Shown: one piece after another, positions 9,231 to 18,203 of the stretch
How positions within the stretch are numbered: the first letter of the stretch is position 1
Layout: the number at the start of each line of letters is the position of its first letter
From: Anaerolineae bacterium
Lineage (GTDB): Bacteria > Chloroflexota > Anaerolineae > Anaerolineales > UBA4823
NCBI GenBank assembly: GCA_041479245.1
Contig: JBGOXS010000015.1
Location: 7,446 to 71,445, forward strand
Direction: 5' to 3'
Length of the DNA: 64,000 nucleotides
The notes under the pieces: model-generated
What the model saw: only the letters and a program-made list of their open reading frames with translations
What the model was told of the DNA's origin: nothing
Database searches by the model: none
Made by a program: the position numbers and the translations under genes

Positions 9231-10481
9231 GTGCCAACCCAAACAGAGCCTCCATTCCCTGGCTTCACTTTGTTAGCCAAGCCCACAGGTGCAGCGTGCA
9301 ACCTGGCATGTGAATACTGTTTTTATCTCAGCAAGGAGCAGCTGTATCCTGAGAGCCGTATGCGCATGCCTGACGGAGTATTGGAGGCTTACATCCGGCA
9401 GATATTGGCCGCGCAGCCGGCATCGGAAACCTGCATTGCATGGCAAGGGGGTGAGCCGACGCTAATAGGTATGAATTTTTTCGAGCGCTCGATAAAGCTG
9501 GTCGAACAGTACCGGATGCCTGGCCAGCTGGTGAGGTACACCCTCCAGACCAATGGGACCAGACTAGACGACGAGTGGTGCGAGTTCTTTAAGCAACATA
9601 AGTTCCTGATCGGCCTTAGCATGGATGGCCCCCAGGAAATGCACGATGCCTACCGTGTGGATAAGGGAGGACAAGGCAGCTTCGAGCAAGTAAGGGCCGG
9701 TTGGGATTTGCTTCAGAAGCACAAGGTAGACACCAATATCCTATGCGCCGTCCATGCAGCCAATGCACCGCATCCATTGGATGTGTACCGCTTTTTTCGA
9801 GATGAGTTAAACGCCCGGTTCATCCAGTTCATCCCCATCGTCGAGCGATCTAGCCGTAATAGGCGCCAACGCTCACAAGATGGTCTCCAAGGGCCAGATG
9901 GTAACAGACGGCTTCGTTATACGCAGAAAGAAAAGCTGGTCAGCTCCCGTTCGGTGACCCCTGACCAATTCGGTAGTTTTCTGATCGATATTTTCGAGGA
10001 GTGGGTGCATCACGACGTCGGCGACGTATTTATCCAGACTTTCGAGGCGGCATTAGCCAGCTGGTGCCAGCTTCCAGCCAACGTGTGCATCTTCCAGGAA
10101 GTGTGCGGCTCGTCGCTGGTGCTGGAACACAACGGTGACTTGTACGCTTGTGATCATTTCGTTGAGCCGGGCTATCGCCTGGGTAATATTCTGGAGATCC
10201 CTATGACCGGGCTGGTGAGCACGCCGCAGCAGCGCCAATTCGGATTGAACAAGCGAGAGCAGTTGCCAACATACTGCCACGAGTGTGAGGTCTTATTTGC
10301 GTGCCACGGTGAATGCCCTCGCAACCGCTTCGTGAAGTGCTCGGGTGGGAAAGAAGAAGGACTTAACTATTTATGCTCCGGATATAAACGATTCTTCCAG
10401 CATATCGATCGACCGATGCGGCTCATGAGCGAGCTTTTACGCTTGGGGCGTTCACCAGCAGAGGTCATGGAGATGTTGTGA
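9231..10481 (+). CDS. Anaerobic sulfatase-maturating enzyme (radical SAM/SPASM)
   Basis: CNLACEYCFY radical-SAM motif. C-terminal SPASM-type Cys clusters (CIFQEVCG, CDHF, CHECEVLFACHGECPRNR). GTG start. Confidence 0.85.
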   Translation: MPTQTEPPFPGFTLLAKPTGAACNLACEYCFYLSKEQLYPESRMRMPDGVLEAYIRQILAAQPASETCIAWQGGEPTLIGMNFFERSIKLVEQYRMPGQLVRYTLQTNGTRLDDEWCEFFKQHKFLIGLSMDGPQEMHDAYRVDKGGQGSFEQVRAGWDLLQKHKVDTNILCAVHAANAPHPLDVYRFFRDELNARFIQFIPIVERSSRNRRQRSQDGLQGPDGNRRLRYTQKEKLVSSRSVTPDQFGSFLIDIFEEWVHHDVGDVFIQTFEAALASWCQLPANVCIFQEVCGSSLVLEHNGDLYACDHFVEPGYRLGNILEIPMTGLVSTPQQRQFGLNKREQLPTYCHECEVLFACHGECPRNRFVKCSGGKEEGLNYLCSGYKRFFQHIDRPMRLMSELLRLGRSPAEVMEML

Positions 10482-10710
10482 TCGTTCGAGCCGACGCGAG
10501 GCAGCACTTGAAAGAGCTGCCTCGACGCAGGTAGCCATCAGATTGATAAGTGTCATTTTCATTTCTCGACCTCCCGCCTGGAACGTCTCCAGCTCCACAT
10601 TCATGCGAGAAATGACTTTCTATACCGACTGGTTCGGTGTTCAATTTGGCAGGCAGATACATCCGCTCAGGGATAAAGCAGATTAACCACAGGGACTCTG
10701 TGGGTAATAC

Positions 10711-10745
10711 AAAAAATCGCCGGAAATTCCAGCGATTTCTTTTCA
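10711..10745. terminator. Bidirectional hairpin between convergent anSME and ABC-2 genes
   Basis: Stem AAATCGC / GCGATTT with an 11-nt loop, an A-run on the left and TTTCTTTTC on the right. Confidence 0.45.
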
Positions 10746-10767
10746 TCTACTGATCATTGCATGGACA

Positions 10768-11592
10768 TTATGATCGGCGAGTACGTACACTCAGAGCAAA
10801 GACCGCTAACGCATACATAGCGGCCGCCAAAAGGAGACATGCCAATATGCTGATGCCGATGGCATGCGCATCCCAGCCGTTGTTAAGGAGAGAGCGCATA
10901 GCTTCCAGCACATAGGTGATGGGATTTAGTTTGGCAGCAACCGCCAACCACCCTGAGAGCAGTGCCAGAGGAACGAAGGTGGGTGCAAGGAAGGTCAATG
11001 GAAAGAACAGGAAGCTGGCTCCTTGAGTGGCAGCCGCGCTACCGCTTCCCAGCGCCGCCGACACCGTGAAACCGGCGAACCCGAGGCCGAGTAGTACGCC
11101 CAGTCCAATGACCACTAACAGACCTAGAATACCTGTAGCAGGTTTAAGACCCAGTAGCAGACCTACTGAGACGACAATGGTTGATTGGATTCCTAAGATC
11201 ACAGCACCGGCCAAAATTGGAGCGACCAGCAACGCTGCCCGACGGACCGGTGTGAGAAGTAATTTATCGAAATAGCCACGCTCGATGTCGCGCACCAGAT
11301 TCTGGGCAGCAATACCGGAACCAGATAGAGATCCACTGACGATCGAGAGTGGTAGGATAAATCCTAAATAACTACCTCCGATGCCCGGTATGAAACTGGA
11401 TGCCTTACCCAGCGTCGATTGGTAGATCACTAAAAAGAAGATACTGATAGCCAAGGGTGGCAGTAATGCTTCAGGCGTGCGCAGTAAGGTCGTCAGCGAA
11501 CGGACGACCAACAGGTAAATATGGACGGGTAGCGAAAGGGTAGTGTTTTTCGTGGGCTGTTTGACTGATAGTGTGTTGACTTGTGTATCCAT
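10768..11592 (-). CDS. ABC-2 type transporter permease
   Basis: 274 aa, 6 predicted TM. It lies immediately downstream (2-nt gap) of the ABC ATPase. Confidence 0.8.
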   Translation of the reverse strand: MDTQVNTLSVKQPTKNTTLSLPVHIYLLVVRSLTTLLRTPEALLPPLAISIFFLVIYQSTLGKASSFIPGIGGSYLGFILPLSIVSGSLSGSGIAAQNLVRDIERGYFDKLLLTPVRRAALLVAPILAGAVILGIQSTIVVSVGLLLGLKPATGILGLLVVIGLGVLLGLGFAGFTVSAALGSGSAAATQGASFLFFPLTFLAPTFVPLALLSGWLAVAAKLNPITYVLEAMRSLLNNGWDAHAIGISILACLLLAAAMYALAVFALSVRTRRS

Positions 11593-11594
11593 GA

Positions 11595-12593
11595 TTAATT
11601 TGCCTCCGCCCGTCGGCTAGAACGGGATGATAGTGGTTTAGCTGCCTCAGATGCAACCAGGCGCTGTCCGGTAACTTGCAGGAAAACATCATCGAGAGTC
11701 GGTTGGGTCAAGGTTAGGGATATGGGTGATACTCCCGCCTGTTGAAGCTGGTTAATCACCGTCGGAATGGAACTCGCTGCCTTGCTCAAATAAAGCCGGA
11801 CCGTGTCGCGGTCCAATTGGATCCGATCCCCCATCCGTTCGAGAGATGACCGGCCTTTTTCAGCAATCTCAGGGGTCTCAAAAATCAGGTTGATGGACTC
11901 TTCGCCCATGGCTGCTTTGAGTTTTGCGGGAGTGCCTTCCGTAGCGATCTTCCCATCAACGATTATTGCCACCGTGTCAGCCAGCTCATCGGCTTCTTCC
12001 AGATATTGAGTGGTAAGGAAAATAGTAATTCCTATTTCACGATTCAGCCGGCGGACCTCTCGCCAAACATCCCTGCGGCTAACGGGGTCAAGTCCAGTGG
12101 TAGGTTCATCCAAAAACAACACTTTAGGTTGATGCACCAATGCCAGGGCTAAGTCGAGGCGGCGTCGCATCCCTCCACTGTAAGTGCCTACTCTGCGATC
12201 CGCTGCATCTGTCAGCTGAACCAGCTCGAGTAATTCGCCGGCACGGGCTGTCGCTTCAGATTTATTGGCACCAAACAGGCGTCCCTGTAAGACGAGGAGT
12301 TCCATGGACTTCATCAGAGGATCGATGCCGATATCCTGCAAAGCCACACCAGCTACATGCCGTACATCGGTTGCCTGGCTTACAATATCGAAACCGCCGA
12401 CCTTCGCCCACCCTGAGGTTGGGAGGGCCAGGGTAGTCAATATCTTGATCGTGGTACTTTTACCGGCTCCATTAGGCCCGAGAAATCCAAAGATCTTACC
12501 TTCATCCACCTTGAAGCTTATTCCATCTACGGCAGTTACCTTGCCGGAGTATGTTTTTACTAATTCTTCAACGACTATCTCGCGATCGTTCAT
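11595..12593 (-). CDS. ABC transporter ATP-binding protein (DrrA-like exporter ATPase)
   Basis: Walker A GPNGAGKST, signature YSGGMRRRL, Walker B LFLDEPTTGLD. Confidence 0.9.
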   Translation of the reverse strand: MNDREIVVEELVKTYSGKVTAVDGISFKVDEGKIFGFLGPNGAGKSTTIKILTTLALPTSGWAKVGGFDIVSQATDVRHVAGVALQDIGIDPLMKSMELLVLQGRLFGANKSEATARAGELLELVQLTDAADRRVGTYSGGMRRRLDLALALVHQPKVLFLDEPTTGLDPVSRRDVWREVRRLNREIGITIFLTTQYLEEADELADTVAIIVDGKIATEGTPAKLKAAMGEESINLIFETPEIAEKGRSSLERMGDRIQLDRDTVRLYLSKAASSIPTVINQLQQAGVSPISLTLTQPTLDDVFLQVTGQRLVASEAAKPLSSRSSRRAEAN

Positions 12594-12785
12594 TTTTGTT
12601 CTCCTTCGTCGGTCATATCATGATTCTTCTGAATGACTATTTGTTATATTCAACATAACAATTTTACTCTATTATATCTACAATATCAAGACAAAACATA
12701 TACAAAACATAAACACTAATGCCGCACTCATTCTCTTTGCCACACCCAAAAGGCGAAGTAATGTCAACCATGCTCCCAATGGAGG

Positions 12786-12826
12786 TTAAAAATAAAGGGA
12801 AATGCCTGTGCTTCCAAGCATTTCCC
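12786..12826 (-). terminator. Rho-independent terminator after the FNT channel gene
   Basis: On the minus strand, stem GGGAAATGC / GCATTTCCC (12818-12826 / 12797-12805) is followed by TTTATTTTTAA. Confidence 0.75.
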
Positions 12827-12858
12827 CAGGTGTCAGTATTAGAAAATGTCAGATGGGC

Positions 12859-13926
12859 TTACATTCGCCTTGCAGCTGATTCACTCTCTTTGGCTTTTGC
12901 GTTCAGGGCTTGTAAAGGCACTTCGACAGTGCGGGCAGGCGGCTCGCGGGTCACGTAAAAAACCGGCGCCGGCACTTCCGGACGGGCGGTGGCAGTGGCA
13001 ATTCGTTGTGTGGCCTCGGCCGGAACCGCCGCTTGCTGAGCCTTGCTAAGGTAGATGAACCAATACATCAGACCCACCATCACTACACCACCAATAATAT
13101 TCCCAATGGTCACCGGTACCAGGTTTACCAGGAAGAAATTGCTCCAGGTGAGGTGAGAAAAATCCGCCGGGGTTTTCTTGATCGCTTCGAAAAAGGCGGG
13201 CGACCCAAACTGCTTGATGAACAGGGCGACGGGGATGAAGTACATGTTAGCAATGCTGTGCTCGAAGCCCGCTGCAACGAAGGCAGCGATGGGGGGCACG
13301 ATCGCCAGGATCTTATCGATAGTGCTGCGTGCGCTATAGCACATCCAGACAGCCATGCACACCAAGGCGTTGCAGAATATACCCAACACCACAGCCTGAG
13401 CAAATCCCAGAGCTGTTTTGGCCTCACCGGTATTGAGTGCGGCCAGACCTATCGAACCGGCGCCAAAGGTGTACTGGCGGGTAAGGAACATCAGGTAAGC
13501 GGTCAACAACGCACCGACGAAATTACCCAGGTAAACGATGCCCCAATTGCGCAGTAAGGCAGGTAGGGCGATGCGCCGGTTGGCGAAGGCAATGATGACC
13601 AGGCTGTTGCCAGTGAATAGCTCTGAGCCTGAGACGACCACCAGTATCAGGCCGAGGGTAAAGGTGACGCCGGCTAGCAGGCGGGCGATGCCGAATGGCA
13701 GGGCTGATGCTCCGGCGCTGACGGTGGTGGCGAATACGGCGCCCATGGCGATGAATGCACCTGCCAGGATGGCGAGCAGGAACATGCGCACAGTATCTAA
13801 TTTCGTTTTCTTCACCCCCGTCTCGGCGGCTTTTACGGCCATCTCGGCGGGCGTCAAGGCATCAAAGGATACTTCCTTGGTGGGTTGTCGATTATCTCTT
13901 GGGGTATGTGTGGAAGTGGTAAACAT
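12859..13926 (-). CDS. Formate/nitrite transporter (FNT) family channel with about 50-aa C-terminal extension
   Basis: FNT hallmarks GSELFTGN and EHSIANMY, six TM. The ATG at 13926 is preceded by GAGGTGA. The ORF-track TTG at 13944 would overlap the upstream gene. Confidence 0.85.
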   Translation of the reverse strand: MFTTSTHTPRDNRQPTKEVSFDALTPAEMAVKAAETGVKKTKLDTVRMFLLAILAGAFIAMGAVFATTVSAGASALPFGIARLLAGVTFTLGLILVVVSGSELFTGNSLVIIAFANRRIALPALLRNWGIVYLGNFVGALLTAYLMFLTRQYTFGAGSIGLAALNTGEAKTALGFAQAVVLGIFCNALVCMAVWMCYSARSTIDKILAIVPPIAAFVAAGFEHSIANMYFIPVALFIKQFGSPAFFEAIKKTPADFSHLTWSNFFLVNLVPVTIGNIIGGVVMVGLMYWFIYLSKAQQAAVPAEATQRIATATARPEVPAPVFYVTREPPARTVEVPLQALNAKAKESESAARRM

Positions 13927-13936
13927 TGGGGTCACC

Positions 13937-14545
13937 TCATGCAATCGTGGCTATCTGTGTATCTATGGCGAAGATATGATCATAGCGCTCGTCAATCGGC
14001 GAAGCGACAGGCAACTCGGGCTGGATAATTTTTAACAGCCCTTGGCACATGGCATTCAATCCAGCATGGGCCAATTCTGACTGGGGGAGTCCGGTCTGCC
14101 CGGCGGTCTTATCAAAAGGGCAATCGCAGATGATAAAACGCAGCTCGGGACCAATCTGATGGATGGTGAAATCCACCCGCAGCGTCTCGAGTACGCATTC
14201 CAATGCGCAAACCCCCGGGTTTGGGAACCCATCCAGGAAGATGTTGTCCAACATGTACATGGCAGCCGCCTGACCTAAGCCGCTGCCAAAACTCTCCATA
14301 AGGGCATATGATTGGCTCTCATCGAATCCGGTCTGACAGAACATGGCATATTCCAGGAAAATTTCACACAGGGAGATGGCGGTTTGTTCACCTGCGCCGT
14401 TCAGTTCCCCCCAAATCTGAAAACCGTGGACGAGATCATCACGGGCATAAACATCACGCTGCCCGACTTCGTTGTAATACATATCGCTGCTCGCAATAGG
14501 ATAACGACAGATCAATGTGGGTTTGATTTGAACAGATGATGGCAT
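13937..14545 (-). CDS. Hypothetical Cys-rich cytoplasmic protein, co-transcribed with the FNT channel
   Basis: 202 aa from the ATG at 14545 (RBS GAGGAGAAG). Cys motifs LICRY, GVCALECV, IICDCPFDK. I recognise no family. Confidence 0.6.
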   Translation of the reverse strand: MPSSVQIKPTLICRYPIASSDMYYNEVGQRDVYARDDLVHGFQIWGELNGAGEQTAISLCEIFLEYAMFCQTGFDESQSYALMESFGSGLGQAAAMYMLDNIFLDGFPNPGVCALECVLETLRVDFTIHQIGPELRFIICDCPFDKTAGQTGLPQSELAHAGLNAMCQGLLKIIQPELPVASPIDERYDHIFAIDTQIATIA

Positions 14546-14662
14546 GGTTCTTCTCCTCAATTGGTAGTGGTTCGTCGTTTGGTAAAGCCAGGGTTTGGAT
14601 CCCTGGCACTGGCTGGACAGATTGCGTAATAATTCACTATCTATTTATATCGGAAGGGGGTC

Positions 14663-14701
14663 ACAACCACAAGCACCCAGTGGTTACAATGTGGTTACAA
14701 T
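14663..14701. repeat. 11-bp tandem direct repeat GTGGTTACAAT x2 plus an inverted partial copy
   Basis: GTGGTTACAAT occurs at 14680-14690 and again at 14691-14701. ACAACCAC at 14663-14670 is the reverse complement of GTGGTTGT. The site lies between the response-regulator stop and the promoter region of the Cys-rich/FNT operon. Confidence 0.7.
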
Positions 14702-14739
14702 ATTTCCCCCTGAATTATTTGTTACATGATAGTTACCGG

Positions 14740-15426
14740 CTAAGGTTGGTTATTTTGTGTGTTCAGCACGTATCCCGCATTGGGGATAGTTTCAATCAGC
14801 GATGGAGCGCCAGCTTCTGTTTCCAGTTTGTTACGCAGGCGATATAGAAGCTGCTTCAGCATTTCATTGGTGGCACCCTCGGGGCCCCACACACGCAGAA
14901 TCAAGGTGTCATTGTTGAGCACCCGGTCGGGATTTTGCATCAGGGCGCGCAGCAGGCGCGTCTCCAGGTGGGTAAGGTGGACCGGTTCAGAGTCTCCATG
15001 ACGCACCTCACGCCTTTCGGCATCGAAGGAGAGTGAGCCCGCCTGAAGAATTTCCTGAGGCTCCTTGACTGCCCGGCGCAGCAACGCCCGAATGCGGGCG
15101 ATCAGTTGACGGGGGCTGAACGGCTTGATGATGTATTCATCCGCTCCAGCCTCCAGAGCGGCGATGACGTTATCGTCGGTGTCACGCACAGTGAGCATGA
15201 TGATGGGTACATCCGATTCGGTGCGGATGCGTGTGCAGACCTCTAACCCATCCAGGCGCGGTAATCCCCAATCCAGCACGATCAGTTCAGGCCGTTCCTT
15301 AGAAAACGCTTCCAGGGCGCTCATCCCGTCATGGGCATTGGCAACCTCAAAACCCGCCCGGCGGATGGCAAATGCCAGCACGTCCGATAGCGCCAGGTCA
15401 TCATCAACGACAAGTATCTTGGTCAT
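14740..15426 (-). CDS. OmpR-family response regulator
   Basis: Receiver MTKILVVDDD...LIVLDWGLPRLDG and a winged-helix C-terminus. The ATG overlaps the kinase stop (ATGA). Confidence 0.9.
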   Translation of the reverse strand: MTKILVVDDDLALSDVLAFAIRRAGFEVANAHDGMSALEAFSKERPELIVLDWGLPRLDGLEVCTRIRTESDVPIIMLTVRDTDDNVIAALEAGADEYIIKPFSPRQLIARIRALLRRAVKEPQEILQAGSLSFDAERREVRHGDSEPVHLTHLETRLLRALMQNPDRVLNNDTLILRVWGPEGATNEMLKQLLYRLRNKLETEAGAPSLIETIPNAGYVLNTQNNQP

Positions 15427-17621
15427 AGGTTCTCCTTTTCTTCTGGAGGGTGGATGGGAATGGTAAACCATACTTTTGCGCCTCCCTGGGGGAGGTTTTT
15501 TGCGCCGACTTGCCCGCCGTGCATTTCCACAATTGACTTAACCACCGACAGTCCCAAGCCAATACCGTACTGAGTGTCGTGCGACTGGTTGGCGGTTACA
15601 AAACGCTTAAACAGGTCGGCAAAACGATCGGTGGGCAGCCCAGGCCCATCATCAATGACATCTACGGTCACCCAGTCAGGGTCCTGGGAGATGCTCAGCT
15701 CAATTTTGCCACCCATCGGACTAAACTTGCTGGCGTTGGATAGTAAATTAACCAGCACCTGGACCAAGCGGTTGGCATCTGCCCAAAGCGTGGGCAGCTT
15801 GTCGGGCAAGGTCAAAACAAGCTTCTGCTTCCGGCGTTTGAGCAAAGGTGACATTAAGTGAGCCGCATCCTGGGCGACTCCCTGGAAATTGATCGGCCGT
15901 CGGTGTACCTGGAAACAGCCGGCTTCAATAGTAGTGCTCTCTAAAAGATTCTCGACCAATGTCTGCAGATGCAGAGTGCTTAATTGAATGGTTTCCAACA
16001 ATTCTTTCAGCTCATTGGGAGTCAGTATGGTCCCCTCTTCCACAAGAATCTCGGTAGTTGCAGCAATGCCCGATAATGGGGTCCGGAATTCGTGGGCTAC
16101 ATTGGCCAGGAAGTTATAGCGCAGCCGGTTGACGGCCTCCTCTTCGGTGACGTCACGGATGACAACCACACGTTCGGAGCCATAGCCACTGGGAGGATTA
16201 TCGTCCAGGGGGGAAACCGTGATGAAGAGGAGCAGCGGTTTACCGTGTGCATCGAGCACATTCAAGCGCTGTGCAACCGGCCCATCAGTCTGTTTGTGTA
16301 TAAGCGCGCCGATAGTGGCAGTCTCACCGGGAGCAGGCGGGAAAATATGGGTGTAGTGAAGCCGCTCCACATCCCAGCTGTGATAACCCAGGATCTCCTC
16401 AGCATCAGGATTGATAAAGGTGATGCGGTCGTTCTCATCCAAAGCGATGACGCCTTTAGGGAGCAGCGATAACAGCCTTTCTGCGTGTTTCATCTCTCGC
16501 TGAGTCACCGAAAGCATGTAGCGCAGCTGGCGTCGGGCAAGCTCAAAATGGCGGGATAACTGGTTGATCTCCGGTATACCTGTTTCGATAGCTGTGCTTA
16601 CGTCCAGGTTGCCCTGGCTGATCTGGTCAGCGGATTTACTCAGCTGCAGGAGGGGTCTGGTAATGGTCCGCGCCTGCCGTACTACCAGGTATGAACCTAC
16701 CAGCATCACCAGGAGGCTGAACCCGGCGGAAATCAGGATCGTGTTGATCATGCCCTGGCGGATGGAATTACCAGGGAGGGCCACTTCACTCAACGCAGCC
16801 ACATTTCCAGATGAATCGGTCAGGGGCATCAAGCCGACATAATAGGTCTGATCCAGGGCAGCACCCATTGTGCAGCAAGCTTTGCCCGTTTTCTCAACGG
16901 TCAGTGCGGATGCGGGGTCAAGCGACCATCCTGGCGCAGCCGGCAGGCTGGTGGCAACACGCCGGCCGCCAACGATCAGGCTTTGCGCCAAACCGGACTG
17001 CTGCTCGAGGGTTTTCATGTAGGCTGATTTGAGCTCGCGGGCCACCAGAACATATCCAACCGGGAGATTGCCTTCAGCGGAGGATTGGATCTGACTGACA
17101 CCCACGATAAAGAGACGCGGCGGGTCTCCCAGGGTGACAAAATCGGCTGCATATGGCTCGCGGCCGGCCAGGAATGCCTGGGGGGATGGCAAACCTACCA
17201 GTTGATCACCCGCCTTCAGGTCGGGAGTGATGACCTGGACGATATCGAGGTTTCCGCTTTCCTCTTTGAGCGAATTCAAATAGGGAGCCATCCCGGCGAC
17301 GTCACCCTGTTGTATCAGGTTGTACAGGGTGGGCCGCCCGGCAATGAGACCAGCAAGTTTCTTCAGTCTGGTTACTTCAGCGGTATACAACCCGTTGGTA
17401 GCAGATTGGGCATCCTGGACACGCAGCCATACCTGATTTTCGAGCGCTCGCCACATGGCAAGGTTGGTCGGCAGACCGATGAACACGATGATGGCGATCA
17501 CGACCAACACGAGATTCAGAATGAGCCGCTGTGACAGGTTCATCTGGTGGAAACGCTGGCGAAAGCCGATTAATAGACGGTGCATATCAGACCGCGGGAT
17601 GGACGCAGTTAATTTTAACAC
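15423..17621 (-). CDS. Sensor histidine kinase (TM - extracytoplasmic domain - HAMP - PAS - HisKA - HATPase)
   Basis: H-box VAHEFRTPLSG, N box LLSNASKF, G boxes DDGPGL and GIGLGLS. The start is uncertain: GTG 17621, ATG 17585 or ATG 17543. Confidence 0.85.
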   Translation of the reverse strand: MLKLTASIPRSDMHRLLIGFRQRFHQMNLSQRLILNLVLVVIAIIVFIGLPTNLAMWRALENQVWLRVQDAQSATNGLYTAEVTRLKKLAGLIAGRPTLYNLIQQGDVAGMAPYLNSLKEESGNLDIVQVITPDLKAGDQLVGLPSPQAFLAGREPYAADFVTLGDPPRLFIVGVSQIQSSAEGNLPVGYVLVARELKSAYMKTLEQQSGLAQSLIVGGRRVATSLPAAPGWSLDPASALTVEKTGKACCTMGAALDQTYYVGLMPLTDSSGNVAALSEVALPGNSIRQGMINTILISAGFSLLVMLVGSYLVVRQARTITRPLLQLSKSADQISQGNLDVSTAIETGIPEINQLSRHFELARRQLRYMLSVTQREMKHAERLLSLLPKGVIALDENDRITFINPDAEEILGYHSWDVERLHYTHIFPPAPGETATIGALIHKQTDGPVAQRLNVLDAHGKPLLLFITVSPLDDNPPSGYGSERVVVIRDVTEEEAVNRLRYNFLANVAHEFRTPLSGIAATTEILVEEGTILTPNELKELLETIQLSTLHLQTLVENLLESTTIEAGCFQVHRRPINFQGVAQDAAHLMSPLLKRRKQKLVLTLPDKLPTLWADANRLVQVLVNLLSNASKFSPMGGKIELSISQDPDWVTVDVIDDGPGLPTDRFADLFKRFVTANQSHDTQYGIGLGLSVVKSIVEMHGGQVGAKNLPQGGAKVWFTIPIHPPEEKENL

Positions 17622-18203
17622 AAAGTATCCGCCTGTTCATGAGCGGGGGTCCAATGATGGAAACGATGAATTTTTTGTACACAATAGAGGTAATCAATAC
17701 AACCTCTCATATCTGACGAGCATAATAGACAGGTTATGCCTGAACTAAAAAACCTCCCAGCATTTACGCCAGGAGGCTTTTTATGATCTGAAACAATGAT
17801 GCTAAGGGTAATTTATGAACAGTTGAAGCTATGCACGAAGAATCCTACAAATGGCACTATGAGTCGATAAATTTCACGACAAAAACATCATTTGGTAGAC
17901 AATCCTTCAAGTGATTATTCGAAATTCATTTCCATCATAGAGTGTGCTTCAACCTTTGAGTAGGTTATATCGAGATAGGATTTTCCCTGCCAGCTGCATA
18001 ATTATTTGGGTAATTGCGACTGGTGTCTAAGTAAGGGATTTAGCGGCTAACTTTTGTTTCCTTGGAGGAGAAGCAAGTCGAATTGTGTGGAAATGTAGGG
18101 ATTGAATAGAAAGCTTGGATGTGTCAGCCTTGTGGACGTGAAAGCGGAAGTCTTTAATCACCTGGCAACCTAGGAGCGGCAGGATTATTAGGATGATTGC
18201 GTT

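Noticed and set aside
10465-10746. 93-aa minus-strand ORF in the anSME / ABC-2 convergent gap.
   Set aside because: It has no RBS and no recognisable motifs, and it overlaps the hairpin terminators. It is probably non-coding.
17747-17785. Hairpin AACCTCC...GGAGGCTTTTT in the 580-bp gap upstream of the histidine kinase.
   Set aside because: Only about 5-6 bp pair and no gene ends nearby on the plus strand. This is not enough for a terminator call. I also found no convincing small ORF or RNA motif in the rest of the gap.
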